From: a virus
Lineage: Duplodnaviria; Caudoviricetes
DNA length: 28,091 nucleotides
Direction: 5' to 3' (one strand)
Virus record (IMG/VR): IMGVR_UViG_3300030109_001599
Span: 1-28,091 of that record
Shown: one piece after another, positions 8,814-16,963 of the stretch
Layout: each line of letters opens with the position of its first letter
How positions within the stretch are numbered: the first letter of the stretch is position 1
Notes under the pieces: model-generated
The model's input: the letters and a program-made list of their open reading frames with translations, nothing else
Database searches by the model: none
What the model was told of the DNA's origin: nothing
Program-made: the position numbers and the translations under genes

Positions 8814-10013
8814 TTAATATCTTAGTTTCGCCAACCCTCCATTTACAAAAGAAGAAGCCATTGCCGCAACGCTAGAAGGAGCAGAAGCAGAAGGAGATGT
8901 AGTTTGTATAGGAGCAGGGGCAAGACTAGTAGGAGTTTGATAAAACTGTTGTCCTGCAATAACACGCGCTCCCTGATTAGCTAGGTTTATTGTAGCTGCT
9001 TGCGGATTACTTAAAGGCATTCCGGGGGGTTGCATTCTAGGTTGTGGTGTAAAACCACTTAATGGTTGAATAGCTGAAGTAGCAGGACGATTTGCTATGT
9101 TGATACCTGCTAATCCAGTTGTAAACGAATCTCTATTCAAGTTAATATTTGAATTTAAAATGTTATTTAGTTCTGCTTGAGACGGAGCGTACCCCATCTC
9201 TTGCTCAAACATTTCAGCAGCACGGTTTCCAAACTCTCCACCTGTAATAGCTGTTTGTCTAAACGTAGCTGCATCTTGAATAGCATCAGGATCTACATCT
9301 CTGTAATACTTATACGCATCTAAACTAGGATCTCGGCCTAATACATTTTGAAATTGTTTTATAGTATTATCACTTCCTAATTCTGGAATAACTGATTCAA
9401 AATATTTTTGAGCTTCGCCTTCATCTAAAGTTGCCCCAACAGCTTTTCGGGCTTTCATAAAATCCCCATACTCAGTTGGCGCTGCACCAAAAACATCTTG
9501 ATACGCTTGAAATGCCCCTGACTTTGCAGCATCAGGATCTTGCATCATTCTTGTAAATAAATCTTGTCTTTCGTTTGCGTCTATAGAATCTCCAAACTCT
9601 TTTTTATAGTAAGCAATATCATTAGCAGTTGGGTCACGCCCTAATACACTTTGATAAATCTCTGTTAAGTTAGAGCCAAAATCAAAAGCATCAGGCACAC
9701 TTCCATCTGACACTCTTGTACCAGACATAGCTTGCTCTTCTGTTATGACGTTTCCTGTATCCGCATCACGGTAAACAGTTTCTGTCGCCCCCATACCTAA
9801 AGGTTTTTCTTCTGTAGTGTATGTAACAGGTGCTGCAACAGGTGCTGCAGGAGCAGTATATCCGGGTACAGAAACCATTTCATTAGTTAACGCAGCAGCT
9901 TCTTGAGCGTCTAACTCTGCACCAAATCTATTAGCGTGATAATCTAATTCTCCTTGAGATGCAGGTCTACCATAGTTGTCAATATATAATTGATTAATTG
10001 CTTCAATACTCAT
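8814..10013 (-). CDS. Repeat protein with five DUF4214-like (Y/F-x3-LGR-x-P) helical repeats
   Basis: LYIDNYGRPA, IYQSVLGRDP, AYQDVFGAAP, FQNVLGRDP, FEQEMGYAP; Pro/Ala-rich tail ending FVNGGLA. Confidence 0.6.
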   Translation of the reverse strand: MSIEAINQLYIDNYGRPASQGELDYHANRFGAELDAQEAAALTNEMVSVPGYTAPAAPVAAPVTYTTEEKPLGMGATETVYRDADTGNVITEEQAMSGTRVSDGSVPDAFDFGSNLTEIYQSVLGRDPTANDIAYYKKEFGDSIDANERQDLFTRMMQDPDAAKSGAFQAYQDVFGAAPTEYGDFMKARKAVGATLDEGEAQKYFESVIPELGSDNTIKQFQNVLGRDPSLDAYKYYRDVDPDAIQDAATFRQTAITGGEFGNRAAEMFEQEMGYAPSQAELNNILNSNINLNRDSFTTGLAGINIANRPATSAIQPLSGFTPQPRMQPPGMPLSNPQAATINLANQGARVIAGQQFYQTPTSLAPAPIQTTSPSASAPSSVAAMASSFVNGGLAKLRY

Positions 10014-10267
10014 TAACTTTTATACCCTCCACCAGATTTTTTGTAGGACGAGGCGAGTAACTGCGCTTTACGGGCTGACCACTGACCGGGGCGACCTCCC
10101 TTTCCACCAGCTTTTATCTGGTTGAATAAGCGTTTACGAAGGGTGGGCTTCGTGTAATTACCCGCCTCATTGACCTTTGATTTAGCTTTCTTTTTAACAG
10201 AGCCGCCGTTTTTAAGTTTCTTTAACTTAGATTCTTCAACAGCACCCATACCACGACTTGGCATCAT
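10013..10267 (-). CDS. Small basic protein, resembles N-terminal half of DUF5872-type proteins
   Basis: NYTKPTLRKRL...AGGKGGRPGQWSARKAQLLA..YKK.GGGY. Confidence 0.7.
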   Translation of the reverse strand: MMPSRGMGAVEESKLKKLKNGGSVKKKAKSKVNEAGNYTKPTLRKRLFNQIKAGGKGGRPGQWSARKAQLLASSYKKSGGGYKS

Positions 10268-10563
10268 GCTACCTTTTTCCCTTTAGTTTTTCCTTGTCTA
10301 GCTATACCATCTATACTCTTTTTCTTAGTGGTTTTTTTCTTACCGCCAGCCATAGCCATTTTAGCTTTAGGTTTATTAACCCCACCACCTATAGCCATCT
10401 TAGCTTTAACTTTACCGCCGCCCATCATTTTGCCTTTACCATCACCAACAAAAGTAGGTTTACCAGTAGCTTTATTCATAGGCATACCGCCAGCTTTATA
10501 TCCTTTTTTCATCATACCGCCTCCTGTCATTCCCATTTTCTTTTTCATTCCCATACCTTTCAT
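10264..10563 (-). CDS. Lys/Gly/Met-rich low-complexity basic protein
   Basis: RBS AAGGAG; repeated (M/Y)-x-x-G-G units; C-terminal DGIARQGKTKG. Confidence 0.65.
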   Translation of the reverse strand: MKGMGMKKKMGMTGGGMMKKGYKAGGMPMNKATGKPTFVGDGKGKMMGGGKVKAKMAIGGGVNKPKAKMAMAGGKKKTTKKKSIDGIARQGKTKGKKVA

Positions 10564-10567
10564 AACA

Positions 10568-11233
10568 TTACTCCTTGTATAAATTATTAAAAGTTACTTC
10601 TGGATCTGTATAACTATCATCTTGTTCTGCACAATGTGTCCATTGACTTGGTTTAAAATCTGGTGCGCCTTCTCCTGTAATCCAATACGCAGGACTTGTT
10701 ACCCTAACTCTATTGTTAGGTAAGGCTACTACATTGCCTTTCCATTGTCCATCGGTCAGCACCATAACATGACTCTGTTTGTGTTGGGCTGGGTCATCTG
10801 CGACTTCGCTTTCGGTGTAGTCCACAGTGAAGAGATATCTCGATTGATGAAACTCTCCTGCGATTTTACATAGCCACGGGCTTGGTTTGCATCTGTTGAG
10901 AGATACGATTGAATGGTTGTGTGATGGGCAATCCCACGGTTGGGCGAGGTGCGTTTCCATTCTTTCTGGCCACTCTTCCAAAGCAATGTCTCCAACCAAC
11001 CCAGTGATGGGCATCCTTGCCCACATTGCTCCCCCGTGTACATTCTCTTGGCTTCCGTCGTCTGCTTCACATCCTGTGAAGATGATTTGGAAACTGAGGC
11101 AGCGATCTGGCATGGTTGTAACAGCCACTGCCAATCCGTGAACAAACTCCCCGTGGTAATTTTGATGCCCATTTGTAAACTCTTTCCTAACCCAACATTT
11201 AAAATACGGTATATTACTTATTAAGTGCGCCAC
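10568..11233 (-). CDS. Conserved hypothetical phage protein (His/Cys/Trp-rich)
   Basis: 221 aa, GTG start after AGGGAG; motifs GAMWARMPI, QPWDC, YLFTVDY, HKQSH, PNNRV. Confidence 0.7.
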   Translation of the reverse strand: MAHLISNIPYFKCWVRKEFTNGHQNYHGEFVHGLAVAVTTMPDRCLSFQIIFTGCEADDGSQENVHGGAMWARMPITGLVGDIALEEWPERMETHLAQPWDCPSHNHSIVSLNRCKPSPWLCKIAGEFHQSRYLFTVDYTESEVADDPAQHKQSHVMVLTDGQWKGNVVALPNNRVRVTSPAYWITGEGAPDFKPSQWTHCAEQDDSYTDPEVTFNNLYKE

Positions 11234-11248
11234 CTTACACTCCCTTTG

Positions 11249-11887
11249 TTATACTATTCGACCCCTTGTTTTACCTCTACTTGCGATACCATCACCTCTA
11301 AATTTTTTAATTGTTTTTAATTTAGCTTTTGGTTTTGTTTTTACTTTGCCACCTTTTTTATAAGCTCTTTCTTTTAAACTTTTATCTATTTGATAAGTAG
11401 ATATTCTACGATCATACTCGTCAGGATCCATATCCATAATCCGATCACCTGCTGTATCAGACATAACTCCTCGTCCAGAAAGTATTGCTTCTTGCACAGC
11501 GGCTTCTTCCTCTCTGCCTTTTCTAGTTAAAGGAGAGGGTCTACCACTTTTTCCACCCACTGTTCTCATTCTGTCTTCATACATTTTGACAAGTCTTTTT
11601 TCTTCAGCTTTTGATATGTCTGGGTTGCCTTGAATTTTTTTTCTTACCTTACCAAGAAGCACATCCAGACTTAAAACAGGAAGTGCGCCTGCACCTGCGG
11701 CTAATTGCCTTATCGCAGAACCAGCAGCGGTAGCATCAGGAGCAGTTTCTAATCTTTGAAGTTTTTTATAAAATTGTTGCGTGTAAGCACTATCGCCTCT
11801 TTTTTCTTTTATTTCCGTTTTTGCTTTTGTTCTAGCAAGTTTTTTTTCTGAAGGTGTTAATTCCTCATCATCTTTTTTCTTAGCCAT
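11249..11887 (-). CDS. Basic hypothetical protein with C-terminal YKKGGKV and RGDGIASRG motifs
   Basis: Start moved from 11944 to ATG 11887 (MAKKKDDEEL), preceded by AAGGA; avoids overlap with upstream gene. Confidence 0.65.
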   Translation of the reverse strand: MAKKKDDEELTPSEKKLARTKAKTEIKEKRGDSAYTQQFYKKLQRLETAPDATAAGSAIRQLAAGAGALPVLSLDVLLGKVRKKIQGNPDISKAEEKRLVKMYEDRMRTVGGKSGRPSPLTRKGREEEAAVQEAILSGRGVMSDTAGDRIMDMDPDEYDRRISTYQIDKSLKERAYKKGGKVKTKPKAKLKTIKKFRGDGIASRGKTRGRIV

Positions 11888-11931
11888 TATTAATTCCTTT
11901 TTTTTTTTAAGTATTCTAGGATTAGAACTTT

Positions 11932-12219
11932 TTAACACTTCCACCTTCTCCTAGCCTGTCTCAAACGACTGTTTGGATTTTTAGCTGCTTTTGGAAACTT
12001 CTTCATTTGCCCTGCCGATCTCGCACAAAATGATTTTCTTCTTTTAGCTCTTTTACCTGTAGGTTTATCTTCTGTTACAGCAGTCTTTAGCTTAGAACCG
12101 GGATTAGCCCTACGATAAGCAGCTACTCCCTTTTTAGTCATACCAGCCCCCTGCTTAGTCTTGCGAAAATTGCCAGACTTCACAGAGGTTTTAATACCCA
12201 TTCCTTTAGACTTAGCCAC
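11932..12219 (-). CDS. Small very basic protein (DUF6321-like)
   Basis: GMTKKGVAAYRRANPGSKLK...RRKSFCARS...NSRLRQARRRWKC. Confidence 0.65.
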   Translation of the reverse strand: MAKSKGMGIKTSVKSGNFRKTKQGAGMTKKGVAAYRRANPGSKLKTAVTEDKPTGKRAKRRKSFCARSAGQMKKFPKAAKNPNSRLRQARRRWKC

Positions 12220-12805
12220 AGTACAACGTCAAACTCGTTATGTTAGTTAATGAAACTATAGCGTAGTTATTGTTATTACTTCCTGTAGTTAATATTCCGT
12301 TTTCTGGAATAGTTAAATGACTAGATTCAACAATACCAACAGGAGAAGTTATCTCTAGGATTGGTAATGTACTGTTATCATCTCTTGTAACCGTAATAGA
12401 ACCTGCGGCTGTAGGTGCAGCATAATTAAATGCCTTAATTCTAGTCCGTGGTAAAGCAATGTCACCTCCGTATCCAACTTGAATAGTTCCTACAGATGTT
12501 CCAGCAGCAACAGCAAAATTAGTTACTTCTGCAAAATAATTAGTAGTAAAAACAGTAACCGCACTTTCTCCACCTGCAAGGGTTTCAGTTACTGTAGATG
12601 CTCCTAAATCACCAACTACAAATCCTGAAATATTATAGTTAGTGCTAGAATCATCACCTGCACTATTTTGGACAGATACTTTGTACCCAGCTCCATTCCT
12701 ACTAGGAATACTTTTTAATAAACTTATAGTACCCGTAGCAGTTGCTGATGCAAAATAAAAATTATTATCAGAGGAAGGTGTAATAGCAAATACATCTGAT
12801 TGCAT
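12212..12805 (-). CDS. Putative virion structural protein
   Basis: 197 aa beta-rich Thr/Ser/Gly composition, RBS GAGGAG, downstream of capsid gene. Confidence 0.55.
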   Translation of the reverse strand: MQSDVFAITPSSDNNFYFASATATGTISLLKSIPSRNGAGYKVSVQNSAGDDSSTNYNISGFVVGDLGASTVTETLAGGESAVTVFTTNYFAEVTNFAVAAGTSVGTIQVGYGGDIALPRTRIKAFNYAAPTAAGSITVTRDDNSTLPILEITSPVGIVESSHLTIPENGILTTGSNNNNYAIVSLTNITSLTLYCG

Positions 12806-12818
12806 AACTTACTCCTCG

Positions 12819-13295
12819 TTAAATAGTATAAAATCCACCAGCCGATACAGGTTGCATGTACTCAACAGTTGCTATAGCGTCACCTAGAGTCCCAAGATTC
12901 CCCGCAGAGGCAGGGAAGAATGTAGCAAACACTCTAGTGCCACCTGTTCCAACATTAATAGATGCTGTACCCATTGCAGAGCTTCTGACATTAGTAATAG
13001 AAGTAATATCAGTACTGGCTAAAAAGGTAGCGTCTCCTGTAGCAGTTCCAATAGTCATAGTAGCTGCCGCACAAGCACTAACAGCTTCAAAAACATTTAA
13101 AGATACATTAGTAACTTGCGCTCCCGGAGGTAAAGTTGCAACAGCTGTTGTTGCAGTAGCTCCTACAACATCGACTCTCGCTGATTGAGCCATTAGTACA
13201 AACCCTGTGTTTTGCACATCTGTGCCTACAGTTGTACCTGTGGTGTCTTTGGTTGGCCCTGCTTTAATTGGGCCTGAAAAGGTAGTAATACCCAT
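12819..13295 (-). CDS. Putative capsid decoration / structural protein
   Basis: MGITTFSGPIKAG N-terminus, beta-rich, first gene after MCP, RBS AAGGAG. Confidence 0.55.
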   Translation of the reverse strand: MGITTFSGPIKAGPTKDTTGTTVGTDVQNTGFVLMAQSARVDVVGATATTAVATLPPGAQVTNVSLNVFEAVSACAAATMTIGTATGDATFLASTDITSITNVRSSAMGTASINVGTGGTRVFATFFPASAGNLGTLGDAIATVEYMQPVSAGGFYTI

Positions 13296-13323
13296 TTAAT
13301 TCTCCTTGTGTATTAGCACATAT

Positions 13324-13377
13324 ATTATATCATCTCTAATAAGTCTGCTAGGTCAGTTGATATAATTTTAACCCTAG
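13324..13377 (-). ncRNA. Candidate structured RNA (H-type pseudoknot) in leader of post-capsid gene
   Basis: Interleaved stems: 13324-13332/13358-13366 (9 bp perfect) and 13348-13352/13373-13377 (5 bp). Confidence 0.4.
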
Positions 13378-13403
13378 AAAACAACAGGGGGCTAATGCCC
13401 CCT
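13378..13403 (-). terminator. Rho-independent terminator after major capsid gene
   Basis: AGGGGGC-ATTA-GCCCCCT hairpin followed by GTTGTTTTT on the minus strand, 4 nt after the stop codon. Confidence 0.7.
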
Positions 13404-13407
13404 ATCA

Positions 13408-14319
13408 TTATGCTGCTCCCGGTGATCCAAACATTCCTAATGGATCAGAAAATCCAAAAGAATATCTTTCACGGGCTTTATAGCGAACGTTACCTGTATC
13501 AAAGTCTCCATCCATAGATGTATTCATTGGGGAACGAACAAAGTGCTTCAAGCCATTCGGTATGTCAGTTGTTAAGAACCAAGCATCGGTATCTGTTAAA
13601 TAATGATTAACAGCGTATCCTTCTGGAATAGCTCCATTAGTTTTAATCGCATTAATATCATTATCAGCAGTAGCCACACGCAAGTCAGTATCTAACAAAC
13701 GAGTTGCAACAAACATTAAATTAGGTGGAATAATTAGCTTGCGAGGTTTAGCCGCAATTAATAACCCACGCTCATCTGTCCAAGCAGCTATTTGAATAAC
13801 AGCAGCTTCGAGAGAAGTTTCATTTAAGTCAGCCGCAGTTGCAGGTTCATTAGAATTAGTTCCCCCACTTACTAATGGATGCGCGGTAGAGAATAATTCT
13901 ACTCCGTCACCACCAGTAAATGCAGAATCAAATCCATTATTAAGAACGGATGCTGCTTTAACTTGCTTGGTATACGCCATACCACGAGCAAGAGCTTTTG
14001 TATAACGCGCAGAAAGCGAATCGTACAAATTATCTTCAACTGCTTCTTCGGTTATTGAAAACCCTAAAGCAATTGTTTCGTGTGTATAACGAGCTGTGAA
14101 CGCTTCTTGTGCATTGTCATAAGAAATAGCTGCGCCTTCAGACTTTACAGGTGCTTGACCAAAGCCAGAAAGTTTTGTCTCTTCTTCAAATGAACGCTCA
14201 GAAGTTTCGGTTTCATAAATCTCCTTATGCTCTTCACCGTATTTGGTATATTCAAGACCAAACAAAGCATTTAAGCCCGGAAGGAGTTCCTTTAGTAGTT
14301 GCGAACGTGATATTGCCAT
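13408..14319 (-). CDS. Major capsid protein (HK97 fold)
   Basis: MAISRSQLLKELLPGLNALFGLEY...DGVELFSTAHP...LIIPP...NHYLTDTDAWF...YKARERYSFG; strong RBS; terminator downstream. Confidence 0.9.
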   Translation of the reverse strand: MAISRSQLLKELLPGLNALFGLEYTKYGEEHKEIYETETSERSFEEETKLSGFGQAPVKSEGAAISYDNAQEAFTARYTHETIALGFSITEEAVEDNLYDSLSARYTKALARGMAYTKQVKAASVLNNGFDSAFTGGDGVELFSTAHPLVSGGTNSNEPATAADLNETSLEAAVIQIAAWTDERGLLIAAKPRKLIIPPNLMFVATRLLDTDLRVATADNDINAIKTNGAIPEGYAVNHYLTDTDAWFLTTDIPNGLKHFVRSPMNTSMDGDFDTGNVRYKARERYSFGFSDPLGMFGSPGAA

Positions 14320-14331
14320 TTAAAAATCTCC

Positions 14332-14994
14332 TTAGATGCCTAGATTGTTCTCGGATGAAAGAACACTGAAGTTAAACTTAACAATGAACTCTGGGAAGTT
14401 GTCATTCTCTGTACCAGCAACAACCTCAACAATTCTCATTGCTAAAGTTTCTGTTACAGCGATTGAACCACCGTTTGAACCTACTACAAGGTTTACGGCT
14501 GAAAGACCAGTAGAAGTGCTTTGAGCTTCAAAGTTACCTAATGCTGCGTTTTTACCAACAGCGCCAGCAAAACCTGAACCGTCTGTGCCACTATTAAATG
14601 TTCCTAGTGCAGCGCTACCTTGAATCTGATATAGCTGTCTTGGATCATCGTTGACTCTAACAAATATGTCTGTAAAGCCAGCGGTAGTAGCATTGGCTGG
14701 TAAGTGTTGTGCAAATTGTTGAACGCCATTAGCATCAACATATCTAACACCAACACATACACCCATAATACCGGCAGTAGCGTTGGTGGATGTTCCTGTA
14801 AATTCAACCGCTACAGGTGTAGCTGTACGAGCCACAGGCAATCCAGCAGTTGTTAAAGCGATAACATCACCAAAAAACATTCCAGCCGTATTATTAGCTT
14901 TGACTGGGTATTCTCTGATGGCGCCACCATGATTGGGTGTACCACCAAGCATATTGGTAGACTTTAACCCGAAAGGGGAAGCAGTAGCTGCCAT
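14332..14994 (-). CDS. Minor capsid / head decoration protein
   Basis: SPFGL N-terminus, FFGDV, GVCVGVRY, V.DDP motifs; immediately upstream of MCP. Confidence 0.6.
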   Translation of the reverse strand: MAATASPFGLKSTNMLGGTPNHGGAIREYPVKANNTAGMFFGDVIALTTAGLPVARTATPVAVEFTGTSTNATAGIMGVCVGVRYVDANGVQQFAQHLPANATTAGFTDIFVRVNDDPRQLYQIQGSAALGTFNSGTDGSGFAGAVGKNAALGNFEAQSTSTGLSAVNLVVGSNGGSIAVTETLAMRIVEVVAGTENDNFPEFIVKFNFSVLSSENNLGI

Positions 14995-15011
14995 TTAATT
15001 TCTCCTAAAAG

Positions 15012-15467
15012 TTATTTAGTTCCTGATCCAAATCCTACCCCTTTTGTAGTAGATGATTTTTTATCACTAAACAAAGGCATTCTTGGATCACTATTACGCA
15101 TAAAGTTGTTATCAACAGAATCTATTTGAGCTTGGTTTTTATCTTTAAAATACTCTGTTCTAGCTTCTACCATTCCTTCGTCCATGCTGCAAAGCATTAG
15201 ACCACCAAGTTCTACATTACCGTTAACATCACCAGTTAATCTTAATTCAGGATAGTCCTCTGCTTTTACAGGTTCCCATCCTTCTCTATTTTTCTTAGAT
15301 ACATTATTCTGTACAGACTCGCCAAGCACGTGAGTAGCAATCCAACGATGCTTTATGCCGGGACGTTTGTTAGGTACGGGTAATGAACTAGAAGGCGTGT
15401 ACACAGCACGAGTTTTAGTTTCACGAGTATTTGAACTTCTTGCTTCACGATTATTTCTTGATGACAT
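15012..15467 (-). CDS. Conserved head-module protein
   Basis: HRWI...NVSKKNREGWEPV...GGLMLC...R..YF; lies between scaffold and capsid genes. Confidence 0.6.
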   Translation of the reverse strand: MSSRNNREARSSNTRETKTRAVYTPSSSLPVPNKRPGIKHRWIATHVLGESVQNNVSKKNREGWEPVKAEDYPELRLTGDVNGNVELGGLMLCSMDEGMVEARTEYFKDKNQAQIDSVDNNFMRNSDPRMPLFSDKKSSTTKGVGFGSGTK

Positions 15468-15468
15468 A

Positions 15469-16404
15469 TTAAGACTCCGAATTTAGTTTAAGGACTTCTT
15501 TAGCGTACTGTTCGTTTGATAACCCCAATCGTCTTGCTAGTTGTGCTTGAGATTTTGTCAAAGTAATTTTCTTTTTACCCGTTGTACGAGAGGGTGCGGC
15601 TACCACAGTAGCTGGTTTTGCTTTCGGTTCTTTCCGTGCATCTCCAAAATAATCTGGAAATTCATTTCGCATGCGAGAATCAACATTCTCGTAGTAATTC
15701 TTCGTACCAACTGCAACACCTGCGTTGACTAACGAATGATGCACCTGCATTGCGTAGTCAGTCATATGTTGATTTGAGTTAAACCACGGATTCCGGGTTT
15801 GCCATCTAATATCATCATCGCTTAACTTAACCGCATTTTCAGGCGTTTGTTTATTATATACCTCATTACTAGGTTCTTGTAAAGCCTGTGGCTTAAAATA
15901 TTTTGCTTGTTCTTCTTTAAACTTAGCAGCAGCCAGAGCTTCTTGTGCTTTTATAATCTCGTCCGTATCATAATTTTCTTGTGCTGAACGAAGTTTTTGT
16001 CTAGCCATCTCTAACTCCATGCCTGCATTAGACGTTAATACTTCGCCGTATTGCTTAGCCCCAGAGTTATATTGATTACGAAGTTTTTTATTCTCTTCAA
16101 ATAATTGTGCAGTTAATTTTGCAGCTTCGTCTTTTTCTCGTTGAGCCGCTTCTTTAGCTCGACGCTCATCATGCCTAGCTCGTGTTAGTTCTTTCATCCG
16201 TCTTTGAACTTTATCGCTGTACTCGGCAATCTCAGTATCTGATGGATCTTCTACAGAAATAGGTTTACGGTTTTGATCTTCTTCAGGGGCGTCATCAACA
16301 ACTTCTAAATCAATGTCACTTTCCTCAACAAGCTCTACTTCTTCTGTTTCTTCTACGTTTTCTACATTTTCTATTTCTTCATTATCTTTAACAGCTTCAT
16401 TCAT
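15469..16404 (-). CDS. Putative capsid scaffolding protein
   Basis: Acidic N-terminus, long coiled coil, W..RNPWF, C-terminal LT.SQ..LARRLGLS.EQYAK; position between portal and MCP. Confidence 0.7.
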   Translation of the reverse strand: MNEAVKDNEEIENVENVEETEEVELVEESDIDLEVVDDAPEEDQNRKPISVEDPSDTEIAEYSDKVQRRMKELTRARHDERRAKEAAQREKDEAAKLTAQLFEENKKLRNQYNSGAKQYGEVLTSNAGMELEMARQKLRSAQENYDTDEIIKAQEALAAAKFKEEQAKYFKPQALQEPSNEVYNKQTPENAVKLSDDDIRWQTRNPWFNSNQHMTDYAMQVHHSLVNAGVAVGTKNYYENVDSRMRNEFPDYFGDARKEPKAKPATVVAAPSRTTGKKKITLTKSQAQLARRLGLSNEQYAKEVLKLNSES

Positions 16405-16416
16405 GTCCTACTCCTT

Positions 16417-16776
16417 TTAAGCACGAGAATAACCCCGTGGATCTTCTACAACCGCTTCAACCTGATCGTCGTTAAGTATTCTAAATTCATTACCATGAAC
16501 TTTAAATTTTGTACCGGAGTACAACCTAACTAGGATGAAGTCACCTTTTTTACACCACGGCCCACTTGGAAACTTTTCTTTATCCTTATACGCTAAATCG
16601 CCAACCTCTACAACAAACAAAACAGTTGTACCAAACTCTTCTTGTTTCATTACAGCATCTGGTTTATAAATACCGGATTCACCAAAAGTATCTTCTATTT
16701 CTGGTAAAGCACAAAGAATACGCCAGCCTTGTGGTTTGGGTAATTGTGTTGCTTGAGTGTCATCATTATCAGCCAT
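16417..16776 (-). CDS. groES: GroES (Cpn10)-like co-chaperonin
   Basis: P.GWRIL...SGI...VVEVG...KKGD.IL...YSGT.FKVHGNEFRILNDDQVEAVV matches the Cpn10 pattern. Confidence 0.85.
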   Translation of the reverse strand: MADNDDTQATQLPKPQGWRILCALPEIEDTFGESGIYKPDAVMKQEEFGTTVLFVVEVGDLAYKDKEKFPSGPWCKKGDFILVRLYSGTKFKVHGNEFRILNDDQVEAVVEDPRGYSRA

Positions 16777-16963
16777 CTGATTCCTCTACTTGTTTAGCAA
16801 GGCTAAGTAAGTGATCCTCTGCAGTGCGTAAGCCTTGAATCAGCCCACAGAGTTTTTGATATTCATCAAAACTTTTGCAACTACCTGATGTGACTGCATC
16901 AGCATAGTGATTTATATCTTCTCTGATTTTCTCTTTCATAACTCTAGTGAAAGCATCTATCAT
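16769..16963 (-). CDS. Small conserved helical protein between portal and GroES
   Basis: 64 aa, G...FDEYQKLCG.IQGL; overlaps both neighbours. Confidence 0.7.
   Translation of the reverse strand: MIDAFTRVMKEKIREDINHYADAVTSGSCKSFDEYQKLCGLIQGLRTAEDHLLSLAKQVEESDG

Noticed and set aside
11888-11944. N-terminal extension of the 231-aa ORF across an 11-nt A run (possible slippage site)
   Set aside because: ATG 11887 has an RBS and avoids overlap; the run is then intergenic and there is no evidence for frameshifting.
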